The position numbers and the translations under genes were made by a program. Below are positions 14,022 to 27,724 of a stretch of 64,000 nt of DNA, piece after piece. Each line of letters opens with the position of its first letter. Position 1 is the stretch's first letter. Under the pieces are notes generated by a model. It was not told the origin of the DNA, made no database searches, and saw only the letters and a program-made list of their open reading frames with translations. The stretch is from NCBI GenBank assembly GCA_964016885.1, contig OZ024740.1, positions 56,358,001 to 56,422,000 on the forward strand, written 5' to 3'. This DNA comes from Eledone cirrhosa. Taxonomy: Eukaryota.

Positions 14022-14072
<51 letters not shown>

Positions 14073-14329
14073 TGGGGGCGGGCCATGTCCCCCATCCAAT
14101 GATTATATTTTTCTTCCAAAACTACCAACACACACATCTATTTGGTTATGTGCTACAATTTATGTATATGTTATATTTATCGGATATCGAAGTTTTCTGA
14201 CCATTTTAGAGTGCAAAGAACTAAACTAATCACTACAACTAAATTGACCAAATTTGCCCCCTACCCCATTCAGAAGTGCGTCAATCACGCCTGCTTTATA
14301 CTTATTTACTATTTATTTAATCAATTTAA

Positions 14330-15250
14330 ACCTCCATACGCCATGACTGACTAGGAGGGATATCTAATAGCCCATACAATTAGGAAACAAAAATGCAAGA
14401 AAGCAACAGTGAGAGAAAAACAAAAGAAGAGAAGGGCGGTGTGAGGCAAAGGAAGCATAAATGGGAAACAAGATGAAAAACAAGGACAATTAAGCTGCTA
14501 AAGCTTTCTGTTGTTGAATCTTTTCGTAGTCTCCATGTTTTGAAAAATCTTGTTTATCGTTGGTAGATCTTTGAAAAAAATATTTCACCTCCAATGGTAG
14601 TAGTTTTTTAAAGACCAACTTAAAAATATCCTCTCTCTCAGACTGGTCACTTCTACGTTGGAAAAAATAGTTGGAACATAGAGTTTCTAGGCAGTCTCCA
14701 CAGTGTTCGTAATAAAATATTGTTCAATGGCTTATAGACTGTTCGAAGCCAACATAGTCTTTGTTATTAAAAGTGTTCAGTATATGATAAGTTTTAAACG
14801 TTGACTAATCTGGCTTAGGCAATGGAGGATTGAAATTTGAGAGCTTATTCCTAGATTCTTCCCAAATATTTCCGACCCTTGATTATGCTTTTGTTAAATG
14901 ATTTAACTTGCAATAGGTATGGTATGTAGTAGATATATTTTTATTTCCCTTTGTGCTCCCTCCTTTGCTATTTCATCTGCTCTCCTATTGCCCTTAATAT
15001 TTGTATGGTCTGGTATCCAAATCTTTCTTAGTTGTCTATTATTCTCTGATAGACAGTTATCTACTCTTGGCAGAGTACTCTCAACATTTCTAACTCGATT
15101 TATTTTTCTTGATTGAAACAGTTCTAGATTCGATAAAATATCAATAAATAGAAAACCTTTTCCCCATAGAATTTTTTAATCTCATATCTCTATTATTTCT
15201 TTCAAAAGACCGAGTAGCTCCACACAATACACCATTGTTTGAATGTCACC
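14330..15250 (-). mobile_element. RNase H-containing non-LTR retrotransposon 3' remnant
   Basis: Minus strand ~15020-14955 reads WIPDHTNIKGNRRADEIAKEG (WxPxH..GNE.AD..AK RNase H motif). Boundaries approximate. Confidence 0.6.
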
Positions 15251-15818
15251 CATCTGAATAACTGATCCAGATGAGGCACATTCATATATTTGTATATATA
15301 TACACATATATATATGTATATTACATTTAAATATATGTTCATACATTCTTATTAAACTTTACATTGGTTTTATCTTGGTTCCATGGCACTCTGCTGAAAG
15401 AGACAAATCTTTCATTGGGTGGGAGAACTAAGTGTAATAAGACTTGTGGAATTAAGAATATCGGCTGAAATACACATACAGAGACAAATACACATGCTTG
15501 CATTGAACCGACTCAACTGTTTTCGTCCACAAATATATACAAATATATTGCCTCAGGAACGTCTTTGAAGATAAATGTGTATACTGATCAAGTACACTGA
15601 TTAATGTTCAAAAACGTTCCAGTCGTGAAAATCCAGGCATATTTCCGGGTACAGCCTATATATCCAATGTGTTCTTTATCTTATATTTTCAAAATGGTAG
15701 GGTGCAACTTGAAAAAAAGTTAGCTGTTCATTCTTGAGTGTCAAGTAATTAACTAGGGAATTTTGATTTATGGATGAAGAACAGAAAGTTGCTGTAAGCC
15801 AAATATGAGATTTCTTAC

Positions 15819-15916
15819 CTCCTATTGATAAAACCGATTGGGGATTTAGGTTTTAATGATAAATATTTGGTGTTCAGGTATATTTCATTCATCTCATTGG
15901 ACTGATTTATCTTTTT
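15819..15916 (-). CDS. bHLH-PAS transcription factor, probable first coding exon (candidate ATG at 15892-15890)
   Basis: ttttcAG acceptor at 15917-15918 and GTAAG donor. Reads KKINQSNEMNEIYLNTKYLSLKPKSPIGFINR+AG, ending in phase 2, which matches the start phase of the bHLH exon. Confidence 0.65.
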
Positions 15917-16279
15917 CTGAAAATTTGAAAATTTGGTTAAATTAACAAAATGTAATGTAAATGTGCGCCGAAAGAAGGTAAAAAATATATACAAAATATG
16001 ATAGATTAAGTTTGAAGTATGAATACATATGTAATAATTTTGTTGGGTCCTATATCTGTAAGTGCATATATGCGAGCATGTGTATGTATATATATATGTA
16101 TATATATATATGTATGTATATAAATATATATACATATATATGTGTGTGTGTGTATGTGTATGTGTATATATACTTGTATACAAATACGTAGGTGGTTATA
16201 CAGATGTAAATGTGTTGTGTACGTGAGTATGTGCAGGTATATGAGTATGTGTATGCGAGTGTTTATATATATACATACA

Positions 16280-16373
<94 letters not shown>

Positions 16374-16436
16374 GGTATGCTTATGTATGGATAGACGTAT
16401 GTACGTTTTTATGGGCATGAGGTATGTACATATAAA

Positions 16437-16512
16437 CAGGGTGTCACAAACAATGTGTACACACTTTGATTAGAATACAATTGAAGTGTGTATACATTTT
16501 GGGGATACCCTG
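16437..16512. mobile_element. 76-bp Tc1/mariner-type MITE
   Basis: CAGGGTGTC...TGTACACACTT / AAGTGTGTATACA...GATACCCTG imperfect TIRs make up almost the whole element. Confidence 0.6.
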
Positions 16513-16846
16513 TATATATATGTGTGTGTTTATGTCTGTATGTGCTGGTGTGTGTGTGCGCGCGCGCGCGTGTGTATGTCTGTGAAGATATTCGTGTGCA
16601 TATACGTATATATATATATACGTATATACAAATATAAATTCAGCGAGAATCGCATTTCGGCGGGTAGAAAAAGCGAAACGAAACGCAAAATCAGAGTTAT
16701 ACTGGCAAGCCCTCTATAATTAAAAAAAAAACAGAGCTAAACATATGTGTTAAAACGCCATACAAACTGAAAAACTGGCTAAGACACTAACCACCTAAGC
16801 CAAAATACAAGTCAAGCTAAACAGGTCAAACAAAATAAATGATAAA

Positions 16847-16898
<52 letters not shown>

Positions 16899-17497
16899 TA
16901 TAACTGACCTGGACCCATTGGAATTAATGGTAAAATCCAAATGCAGGGTTTCTATGACACCTAAATAAATAATACTGTCTGCTTAAAACTATAAACTTTT
17001 GGTATAATGATCGAACACGGAATATCACGTTATCAACAGGTATTTTGCTCTGCGCCAACTTTGTGAATGACGCAGGACTTCGTAAAAGCTCATGCGTAAC
17101 ACACAAGGGGAAAACCCCCAGATTTTGGCAAATGAATTCAGTATGTGTAAATCATTCCAAAAATTGCATAAATAGCAAGTATATATATATATACGCATAA
17201 AACATCATAATTGATGTAATTATATATAAATATATACATGCTGACATACACATGAGTATATATCCATACATTCCCACTGGTCCCTGGTGTAGAGAAATTG
17301 TGATGAATTGGCGCCAAAGCGACCAACATAAATTACATTGTTAAAAATATGTGTGTCTGAAAGCACAGGAACTGGTGGACAAGTTGTTGTAAGAGTGTGG
17401 CTCTTTGAAGAAGTGGGTGTCTTGAATAGGGAGGCCCATGGCATTCGTCTACTTTGCCTTTCGATAATTCCTGCCCTGATATGTATGTATGTGTATG

Positions 17498-17574
<77 letters not shown>

Positions 17575-18519
17575 ATATAAAAGAAAAATGGAGTGCTGCG
17601 TGGTTGCACATGGGTTACATATGAATAAAATTAGTCCTTCATCAGTGATCTTACAACTTTCATTGGTATTTCATCGCTTTAAAAATCATATAACTCTGGT
17701 TGGTGCGAGCAATAACTAAATAAAGTTATTGGGACAAGTAAAATAGGGTAAAACGAGCGAGACATGTAAACAAACAACGATTGTATTGCAACGGACAGAT
17801 AGGAAGAGACAAGTACATGATATCTGTAAGCTTAAGCTTGGTGAATTCATGGACGAGAGATACAGACCATCCGACATGGGAAAGATGTGAGCGAGAAAAG
17901 GATTTCAGACAGGTAAAACGGGAGGAAGTGAGAGAGTGGGAGAAGCAAAGAGTGAGTGAGTGAAAGTGTGAGGAAGAGACCAGCCGAGGGAGAGTGTGAC
18001 TGGCAGAGGGGGTAAAAAGAAGGTGAGAGATACAGAGAGAGGGGAAGCAATAAGAAAGAAACAGACAATCGCAGCTGAGGAAAAAATATAAATATAAGAA
18101 AAATGGAGTGCTGCGTGGTTGCTCTTGGGTTACAAAATCCTTTTCTCGCTCACATCTCACCCATGTCGGATGGTCTGTATCTCTCGTCCATGAATTCATC
18201 AAGCTTAAGCTTACAGATATCATGTACTTGTCTCTTCCTATCTTTCCGTTGCAATACCATCGTTGTTTGTTTACATGTCTCGCTCGTTTCACCCTATTTT
18301 ACTTGTCCCAATAACTTTATTTCGTTATTGCTCGTACCAACCAGAGGTATATGATGTTTAAAGCGATGAAATACCAATGAAAGTTGGAAGATCACTGATG
18401 AAGGACTAATTATATATATATATATATATTATGTATACTCTGCTATGTACTGAGTACCTTACTTACTGTGATTACCCTCGATTGAACCCGGAATACACAC
18501 ACACACACACACCACACAT

Positions 18520-18614
<95 letters not shown>

Positions 18615-19015
18615 GGAGGTGAGTTTTATTGTAGTACAATAAAGCAATGCAGATATCGGATAAGAAGCACTCTACAGTTTGTGGGACTGGAGTATGCATA
18701 ATATAAGATCAAAAGATGGTTAAAGGAGTTCCATATATTTTATTATGCGCATTTCAAAAACAAACATCATCAAACAATAATATTTGCGTTTTCATCAGAT
18801 AAAACAGGAGAACATGATATGAAGGCTAAAAAACACTTGTTGATAGTGCAGTTTTAAATCAACATATGTTGATTTAAAACTGCACTATCAACAAGTGTTT
18901 TTTAGCCTTCATATCATGTTCTCCTGTTTTATCTGATGAAAACGCAAATATTATTGTTTGTTTTTGAAATGCGCATAATAAAATATATGGAACTCCTTTA
19001 ACCATCTTTTGATCT

Positions 19016-19052
<37 letters not shown>

Positions 19053-19341
19053 CAGGAATAAACCAGTACTAAATCAGTTAGCCAACACAGTACTGGATAC
19101 TTTAGATACTAGAATGTGACTGTATTAGAAAGAGCCGTGGCCCGATTGCTGAGCTCTTTTCGTTTCGAGAGCTAGTTTCAGACGCATGAGTCTGGAACTG
19201 GCTGTCGAAACGGCAAGAGCTCACCCGTCGGACCCCAACTCTTTCTAATATATATATATATATATATATACATACATATATATTTGTAGTATGGTTGCTT
19301 GGATGTGTCCATAGGCGTTCATACATACATACATACATACA

Positions 19342-19428
<87 letters not shown>

Positions 19429-20576
19429 ATATATATATTCTGAGTATATGTTGTTTGTTTACCGACACCTCAGTGTGCAGATTGGAGCACTCGACGAAGT
19501 ACGCAGGTAGGTTTGGTTACTCCGGAGTAATGTAAAATAAAGTAATTAAGTCAAATATTTAAATTTTGGCTTCGTTTATTAAAGATGTACTGCTATATAT
19601 ATTTCGGTGACAGTCATCATTGGCTGTGACCTCTTCAGGCAGTCCGAATTGGTGTGGTAGAGACAGGTACACATGTTGTTAAAGTGTTTTACTCCGTCAA
19701 TACTCCGATATGTCCAGCTCCTGGTTGGGTTGTTATTTCTCTGAGGAACTGGAATCATATGAATTCGAACAAACGAATTTCGGCATCATAGGACACTCTC
19801 TCCCCCCATTGGTCAGTTGTGAAAACATTCCTCAGTCAAAAGTCTATAGACATTTTTTTCTGAGGCAAGACAATCTGTTGTGGTTGTTTTTGTTAAGTAC
19901 AGCTGACCTCCTCCCTTGTGTTTATTGGCGTTAGGGGGTTAGCTGGCAGGTCAACCTTTTTTCTAATGCTGCTGTCTTTAGAAGAATGAGTGTGTGTGGG
20001 TTGGCATCAATTCTACCACCCTTTCACGTGGTGGTGGGTGCCAAACAGATAATGAAATAACATAAAGTAAAATGAAGAAATAAAATATAAAAAAATAAAA
20101 TAAAATTAAAAAAATAATAAAATAATAAGATAAGATACAATAAAATGAAGAAGTAAAAAATAAATAAAAAATAAATAAAATAGAATAAAATGCGTGTTTG
20201 TTATAGCCAATATCAAATATCAAAGAAGAATAAAGTGCGTGTGTGTTATAGTCAATATTAAAGTTTGAAAGATTTGGAAAATATTGATTGAAGTAGAAAG
20301 GCTATGTGTCAGAATCGAGAAATGCAAAGGATTACGGTCTTTACACTATCATGGGGTGGTGCGTTTTAAGAGCAAATGAGGCAAGAGTGGAGTGTAAAAC
20401 ACCATAACCTGAATGTCAAAATCCGAAAATGCAGAGGACCACAGTTTTTAATTCGGCATCGAGTACATATGCGTGTATGTCAACCCACATCGTTGCAAGC
20501 CCAAACGCACAAAGACGGCCCCAGGTGCATCCCATAATCACACACACACACACAGATTATACAAACACACACCCAC

Positions 20577-20630
<54 letters not shown>

Positions 20631-20643
20631 GTGCACACACACA

Positions 20644-20674
<31 letters not shown>

Positions 20675-20829
20675 GTAAGTATCAGTGCATGTACAATCTT
20701 AAATAACAGGATATATGTATGGACATATGCATAAGTCTGTGCTGCCATAGGAGTCGATAGAGGCAGGGGTAGGGGTGATGAAAGTGTAGGTGTGGTTTAC
20801 CGTGGGCTCGGTGTGGCGGGGCTACGGTC

Positions 20830-21747
20830 CCTATAGCTTGAGGGAAGTTCCCTTCCCAATGCGTTGTTGTTGCCCATGTAGCCAGATAAAGTTCCCGGCC
20901 CTGAGGCGTCTACATGTCCAGGGGAAGTCCCTATAGCTTGAGGAAAGTTCCCATCCCAAAGTGTTGTTATTGTCCATAGAGCTTGAGGAAGGTCCGGGCC
21001 TGGAGTGTCTACATGTCCCAGAGAAGTCCCTATAGCTTGAGGGAAGTTCCCCTCCCAGTGTGTTGTTTTTGTCCATATAGCTTGAGGAAGGTCCCGGCCC
21101 TGAGGTGTCTACATGTCCCGAAGAAGTCAGTCCTGAGGTTTATCAGGCTGCTTCCACCGCTGAGTATCTCGAGGGTCTCGCTCAGACATAGTTTGCAGAT
21201 GCCAGATCCCCCTTTATCAGGTGGTACTCTCCTGATTTTGGACCAGGCCAGAGAGTACGGTGTCCTGTCCAGCTTGAGCTTCCAGATCAGTTCGGAAAGA
21301 GCCGTACTTTTCCTTTTGTCCTCCCTATTAAAGGAATGGCGATGGTTATACCATCGGTCCTTAAAGCTCGTTGATGTGGCTCCTATGTAAATGTTTTCAG
21401 AGTTGGGGGTGTGTAGAGTAAAAACCCCTAACTCTGAACACCTTTACATAGGAGCCACATCAAAGAGCTTTAAGGACCGATGGTATAACCATCGCTATTC
21501 CTTTAATAGGGAGGACAAAAGGAAAAGTACGGCTCTTTCCGAACTGATCTGGAAGCTCAAGCTGGACAGGACCCCGTACTCTCTGACCTGGTACAAAATC
21601 AGGAGAGTGCCACCTGATAAAGGGGGTATCTGGCATCTGCAAACTATGTCTGAGCGAGACCCTCGAGATACTCAGCGGTGGAAGCAGCCTGAAAAACCTC
21701 AGGACTGATTTCTTCGGGACATGTAGACACCTCAGGGCCGGGACCTT
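20830..21747. mobile_element. Penelope-like GIY-YIG endonuclease fragment as a head-to-head inverted repeat, with ~100-bp tandem subrepeats at 20830-21120
   Basis: Plus ORF HLYIGATSKSFKDRWYNHRYSFNREDKRKSTALSELIWKLK (21440-21570) is typical of PLE GIY-YIG domains. 21088-21410 is the reverse complement of 21425-21747. Confidence 0.85.
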
Positions 21748-22021
21748 ATATATATATAAACCTTTATATATATATAAACGTTTGGAGTTAGCAGGCCAGA
21801 ACAATGCAGGTATGGATATAGAATATAAATACAAATGCAAAAGATATTGCCGACAATTAGTCTTTTACCTTAAATTTATTTGAATATACTTAATTTTCGA
21901 GATAATATCTCTTCTTCAGAGGAAGTAAAGGGGTTAATCCAGTGTTCTAATTAGCTTGCCAAGTCATGCTGTCAGTATTATACCTCACTACGAAAATGCT
22001 TCAAGTAAACTACAATTTCAT

Positions 22022-22091
<70 letters not shown>

Positions 22092-23447
22092 TATTCCAAC
22101 TCTGACCCTTCTGATTTCTCTCAACCATCTGGAACTACATTATCCCACGTGTGATTCTTTATCAATAGAGTAAGGGAGGTGTTGTACAGTTATTTTTCTG
22201 GTTAGAAGTACTGTAACTCCGAACCAATGTTAAACACGAATCTATTTGTATTTCCACCCAAAAGTATATTCATAACTTAATCAAAGCTTATTTTCAGTTT
22301 GCTTTTTCTTTTATTTTAACGTTTCGTTAATCAAGCATGTAGATAATTACATCAAAAAGTAGCAAACAAACAAATAAATAAATAAATAAATGTATGCTAT
22401 CGGTTTTAAAGTAGTGACTATGTCACTTACATTTCGGCGAAAGAAGGGAGAGAAGCTTCTTTCGCCGAAATGTAAGTGCCATAGTCACTACTTTAAAACT
22501 GATAGCGTATGGTCTTCTAAATACTTTTAATTAAACATACGGTATATTGCCAAAGATACTATACATACATTCATGTATACATCGCTATTTCAGAGCACCA
22601 ATCCTAATACCAAATAAATAAATTAAAAAAAACAAATAAATAAATAAATAAACAAATAAATAAATAAAAGTCTTTTTGCTGAAATAATAGATGTAACTAC
22701 AAACGTACACAGCTCACAAAAACAAGATGGTGTAGGACAGAACATATATAGAGAAATAACAGTTTTAAAATCCTTCCAACTCTAAATATTTCCATCATTT
22801 ATAATAACTTATTTCAACTTTCTTTATTTTCATTTAATGTTTTGTTTTTGGTAGTTATATTTTAAGCAGACCTTGAAACTGCTATAATGTTGTCACATGA
22901 ATTCAGGGAAATTACTGGATGTGAAAAATCTCCAATGTTTTATGCTGAATATATTTTTATATTAAACGTTATAATTTGTGTATGGATACGCTCAAGGCTT
23001 TCTAGATTTGTGAGAAGAATGGAAGATATCTCCAGACTGTATATCTGGCCCGAATGTTTGCCTTAGTAGTACCCCACTAAAACAAACCAATTGTTAGACA
23101 ATTCTGTTTAATCCGATGGCGACTTAATTCCATTTGTACTATTACTTAATATATGAACTCGTTATTGAATGAATCGATTGCCCAGTATGTACCATCCAAA
23201 GAATCGATAGGTCGCAACAAATCATTATTACTGCTCTTTCACTATAACGACTACACTTAAATATCGCAAACTCATTTTATCCCCCTTCAAACAACAAGGA
23301 TGTTCCATTACCTTAATAGGATCCGAGCCTACTCCTGGTCATCGAACAACGTTTAAATCACTCTTAATTACGTCCTGAGCCTTAAGATACCAACGACTCC
23401 TCCGAACGAACGAATTACTGATAAAAATGTTAAAATGAATAACTTAC

Positions 23448-23560
23448 CTGCTTTCAAGATATGAGCAGAAATATAAAAAGCTCCAACTGATATTTATAAC
23501 AAACTCAAAGTCATTGAATTTTAAACTCTAACGATTATGCAGACACCGTGCATTGTAGAC
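23448..23560 (-). other. candidate 5'UTR exon of the bHLH-PAS gene (upstream boundary unknown)
   Basis: Consensus donor CAG/GTAAGT at 23448/23447 in apparently unique sequence. An in-frame TGA lies just upstream, consistent with UTR. Confidence 0.3.
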
Positions 23561-24637
23561 ATTAGTCAAATCATTAACTTTCCAGAGTGACAAAACTTGT
23601 ACGTTAACCTCTAAATAAAACGTTAATGCTTAACAGATAAAAAATATTTTAATAATCACAGGACACAAATTTGAAAATAAGGGATAAATAAACTGTACAC
23701 AATTAATAAAATGAATACTACATTCTCCCCCACCCCACAAAAAGGCATCTGTAAAAATATAGAACAGTTGTTATCTAGTTATGTATAGTACCTGATAAGA
23801 TGCTTCAGGATATTAACGACAGCTGTTGGGTTTTTTTGCAGAGACGTTACTAGAAGGACACCCCCCCCCCCATATATACTCACACACACACACATACACA
23901 TACTCTCACACTCACACGCACACACACATATACACTCACACTCACACACACATACACATACTCTCACACTCACACACACACATACACATGCTCTCATACT
24001 CACACGCATACACACACACACACACACATATATATAATATTTTTATAGGTTATCACTGCTGTTGACCTTGCACTATAAATACACACATATTCTTCCCTGC
24101 ATATTAACTCTCTAAAAAGGGAAATCATATCAAACCTCAGTCCACCATTTGCCTCCATCATGAAATCATGGAACAACTAAGCACTCTTGCTATATTAACA
24201 CACTTTGATCTGCTTAACTTCAATAAGTATGCTTGTAAATAACATTATTTTTTTTTTCCACATTGACTTTTTATACTCTACATTAAGCACGTTTTTTTTT
24301 CCTTTTTCTTTTTTCTTTTCACTTCATAAACCTTGTTTGTATATAACATTATTCTTTCTGCACCTTCTGTTTATCATGTGCGACACCACACTAATACATT
24401 TCACTATCATTTGATAATGCATATAAATGCAGAAACCGGTAATAGACAATAATTAAATATATAAATAGATAAATAAATGCCATTGTTAAATAATAAATAA
24501 ATCACCTAATACCTTAACACTTCACACAAAGTAAAACATTTCGTTTTAATCATTTTCTAACCCAGAAAAGAGAGAGAGAGAAACACAAAAGGAAAAAAAT
24601 ATATTTTTCGTCCTAATAATCGTCTCTTTCTCCCTGT

Positions 24638-24686
<49 letters not shown>

Positions 24687-24731
24687 AAACTATATTCATT
24701 GATTAATCAATGAACCTTGTTTAACTTTTGG

Positions 24732-24767
<36 letters not shown>

Positions 24768-25509
24768 GAAAATAGAGAAATTAATGTAAGCAATATGCCA
24801 ACAATAATTCAGGCATATAAGTGACTATACCATCAAGATGAAAAGAATGTTAATGTAAGATGAGGGAAAAGTAATACAATCTTAATTCAAAACAAATCAA
24901 GAAGAAAAACTTTATCCTCAGACTTTGTGTAAGTTGGGGAAGAAGCAATACTATCTTAATTCAAAATAAAATCAAGAAGAAATACTTAACCGTCAATTTG
25001 GGGAAAACTACCAATGCACTATATAGTCTTAAAAGACTATTTCACGAAACCTTTCAGTGAGGTTAATCACGGTTAGATCCGATCTTCAGTAGTCCTCAAC
25101 ACATTAACCAAATACTGCACTGCTAAAATGCGGAAGGGGAATTCAAAGCAGGCAAGCGACAGCGTGTAGAAATGAAATAACGAAACACACGTGGACACAA
25201 GCTAGTGATGATGGGATGAGACGAAAAATCTGTTTACAAGAAACAACAGTCAAAACATTCCCAAAGAACTCAACAAAAATATGGAGTTCAGCATAAGCAA
25301 TATTATCGCAGTTTTTTTTTTTTAAACTGGGATTAGTCACAAATATTAAGTAGCACTCTAGGAAAACTCCGAGTATATATATATAAATGAAAATAGAGAA
25401 ATTAATGTAAGCAAAATGCCAACAATAATTCAGACATATATATATATATGTATATATATGTATATGTTTCTGTGTATGTGAATGTATGTAGTATGTACAT
25501 ATACACACA

Positions 25510-25596
<87 letters not shown>

Positions 25597-25689
25597 CGCG
25601 CGCGCGTGTGTGTGTGTGTGTGTTTACAGTGGAAGGTCAACAATATTGTTATAGTTATAACAATATTAAAATTAAAACAACATGCTTTC

Positions 25690-26525
25690 TGAATGAGGAT
25701 AAATTCGAGTTAATCCACTTTGGAAAAAGAGGATGCCCTGATATTCCCATGCTCTCTTCCTTCAGGTGAAACACTTGTGGCATCGAACAACATTAGAGAC
25801 TTTGGAGTAATTGTGAACAACAACATAAGTTGACAGCAAAGTTGACATGGCCCGCAGAATGTGTTCCTGGATTGTAAGAACCTTCCAGTCGAGAGATATC
25901 TACGCTGTTATCCTTCTCTTCTCCACTTTTGCCCGACCCCACCTTGAATACTGTTTTTCACTGTAGTCTTCTCGCACGAAACAAATTATCATGAAAATTC
26001 AGGCACATCAAAGGTCTATTACAAAAAAGATAGATGGCATGACAGACCTTGACTATTGGAGTAGATTAGAAAAGCTCAAACTTTATTCTTTCCAACGTCA
26101 CCGTGAGCGCTACATTATCTGCATGATGTGGAAAATATTCCATCAGCATTGCCCAAATGATGTTGACATCACATTTAAGGTACATCCAAGGCTTGGGCCC
26201 TGTGCTATCCGCCAACAACAAAAATCCCATAACAACAATACGGCACAATTATTTCCCCTCAATTGATCCCGCTCTCTTTAACTTTACACCAAAACACATT
26301 AAAACGGAAACAGACCCCATAAAGTTCAAGATTTCTTTGGACAAATTCCTTCAAGAAGTTCCGGAAAAACCTCCTACACTCGGATATGTCTCCGTAAACA
26401 ATAACTCTCTACTTGAGTGGGCCATGGTGTCCAAATCCTGATTTGAAAGACTTTGACAGGTGCTGCTATTAGTTAGCCATAGTCTGGGCCAATACTAACC
26501 GAAACCTATCAAAGTTATCAAAGTT
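25690..26525 (+). mobile_element. CR1/L2-type LINE 3' fragment, degenerate
   Basis: LNEDKFE, RPHLEYC, DYWSRLEKLKLYSFQRHRER and LFN..PK.I...FK..LDKFL motifs. Confidence 0.8.
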
Positions 26526-27216
26526 ATATATATGCTACCCTAAGTATTGAGTACTTTGGTGCGTTATGGTCCACCTGGTTCCTTACCACATTTCCTTCGT
26601 TATATATATATATACATATATATATAAGTATGTATACGTACATACATATATGTATAATATGTATACAGACGTACAGTAGTATGTATATACATACATACAT
26701 GCACACATATATATATATGTACGTATGAGTTTACCGAACATTTATTATAATGTTCGGTTTATTTGTAAACAAACAGCCCGAATTAAGCCGTACAGTGTTC
26801 GGCAACCATCGTTGCCCTTTTGTTCAACACTGACAAAGGAACGATGAACTAGTTTCTAGCTGGTTAGCTGTCATCAGCACCGTATACCTTCCTGTCAATC
26901 GATTGAACGTTTGAAAGTATATATTTTCCTTATGCATATTAACGGCTGAGCAGCCTAATGTGCATATCGAGTGAGTATCAGCCGTACTAAGAGTGAGAAA
27001 TGAAATTTCATTTTTTCCATTCATATATATATATGAGTGGTGGTTTTGTATATATATATATAGTTCGGATCTAGCCGTCGAAACGGCCGGAGCTCAGCAG
27101 TCGGCGTCCTGACTCTTTTCTTCTTACCCACTCAACTACCCTAAGTATTGAGTACTCTGGTGCGTTATGGTCAACCTGGTTCCTTACCACACTTCCTTCG
27201 TTATATATATGTGCGT

Positions 27217-27257
27217 GGCTCTGATGATCGCCAACAGCGTGAAACAGACTGTTAGCT
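27217..27257 (+). ncRNA. type I hammerhead ribozyme motif
   Basis: GGCT-CTGATGA-tCGC caaca GCGt-GAAA-CAG a CTG-TT-AGCT. Confidence 0.7.
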
Positions 27258-27418
27258 TCTCTCCCTTCTTTCGCCGAAAAGAAGTAAGTGACATAGTTAC
27301 TACTTTAAAACCGATAGCGTATGGTCTTCAATATGTTTTTAATTAAACATACGGTATATTGCCAAATATACTATACATCCATTCATGTATACATCGCTAT
27401 TTCAGCGCACCAATCCTT

Positions 27419-27456
<38 letters not shown>

Positions 27457-27724
27457 TAGAAAGTGAGGTTTTTTTTACAAAATGAAAAATAACCGAGGTG
27501 TCCTACACGAGTGGAAGTATAAAGAAAAAGGGATGAAATCGAAAATGCAACTGAAGTCTTATTTTTTTTTTAAATATATATATTTATTTGGTTCCTTTAC
27601 CGGTTTCGCAGTTCTTCTGCTTTTCAAAAGGTGAGTTGAGATGGAGGGTCTGTGGTTTTTCTCACATCTATATATATATCGTATATATATATCGTCTGTG
27701 GTTTTTCTCACATATATATATATA

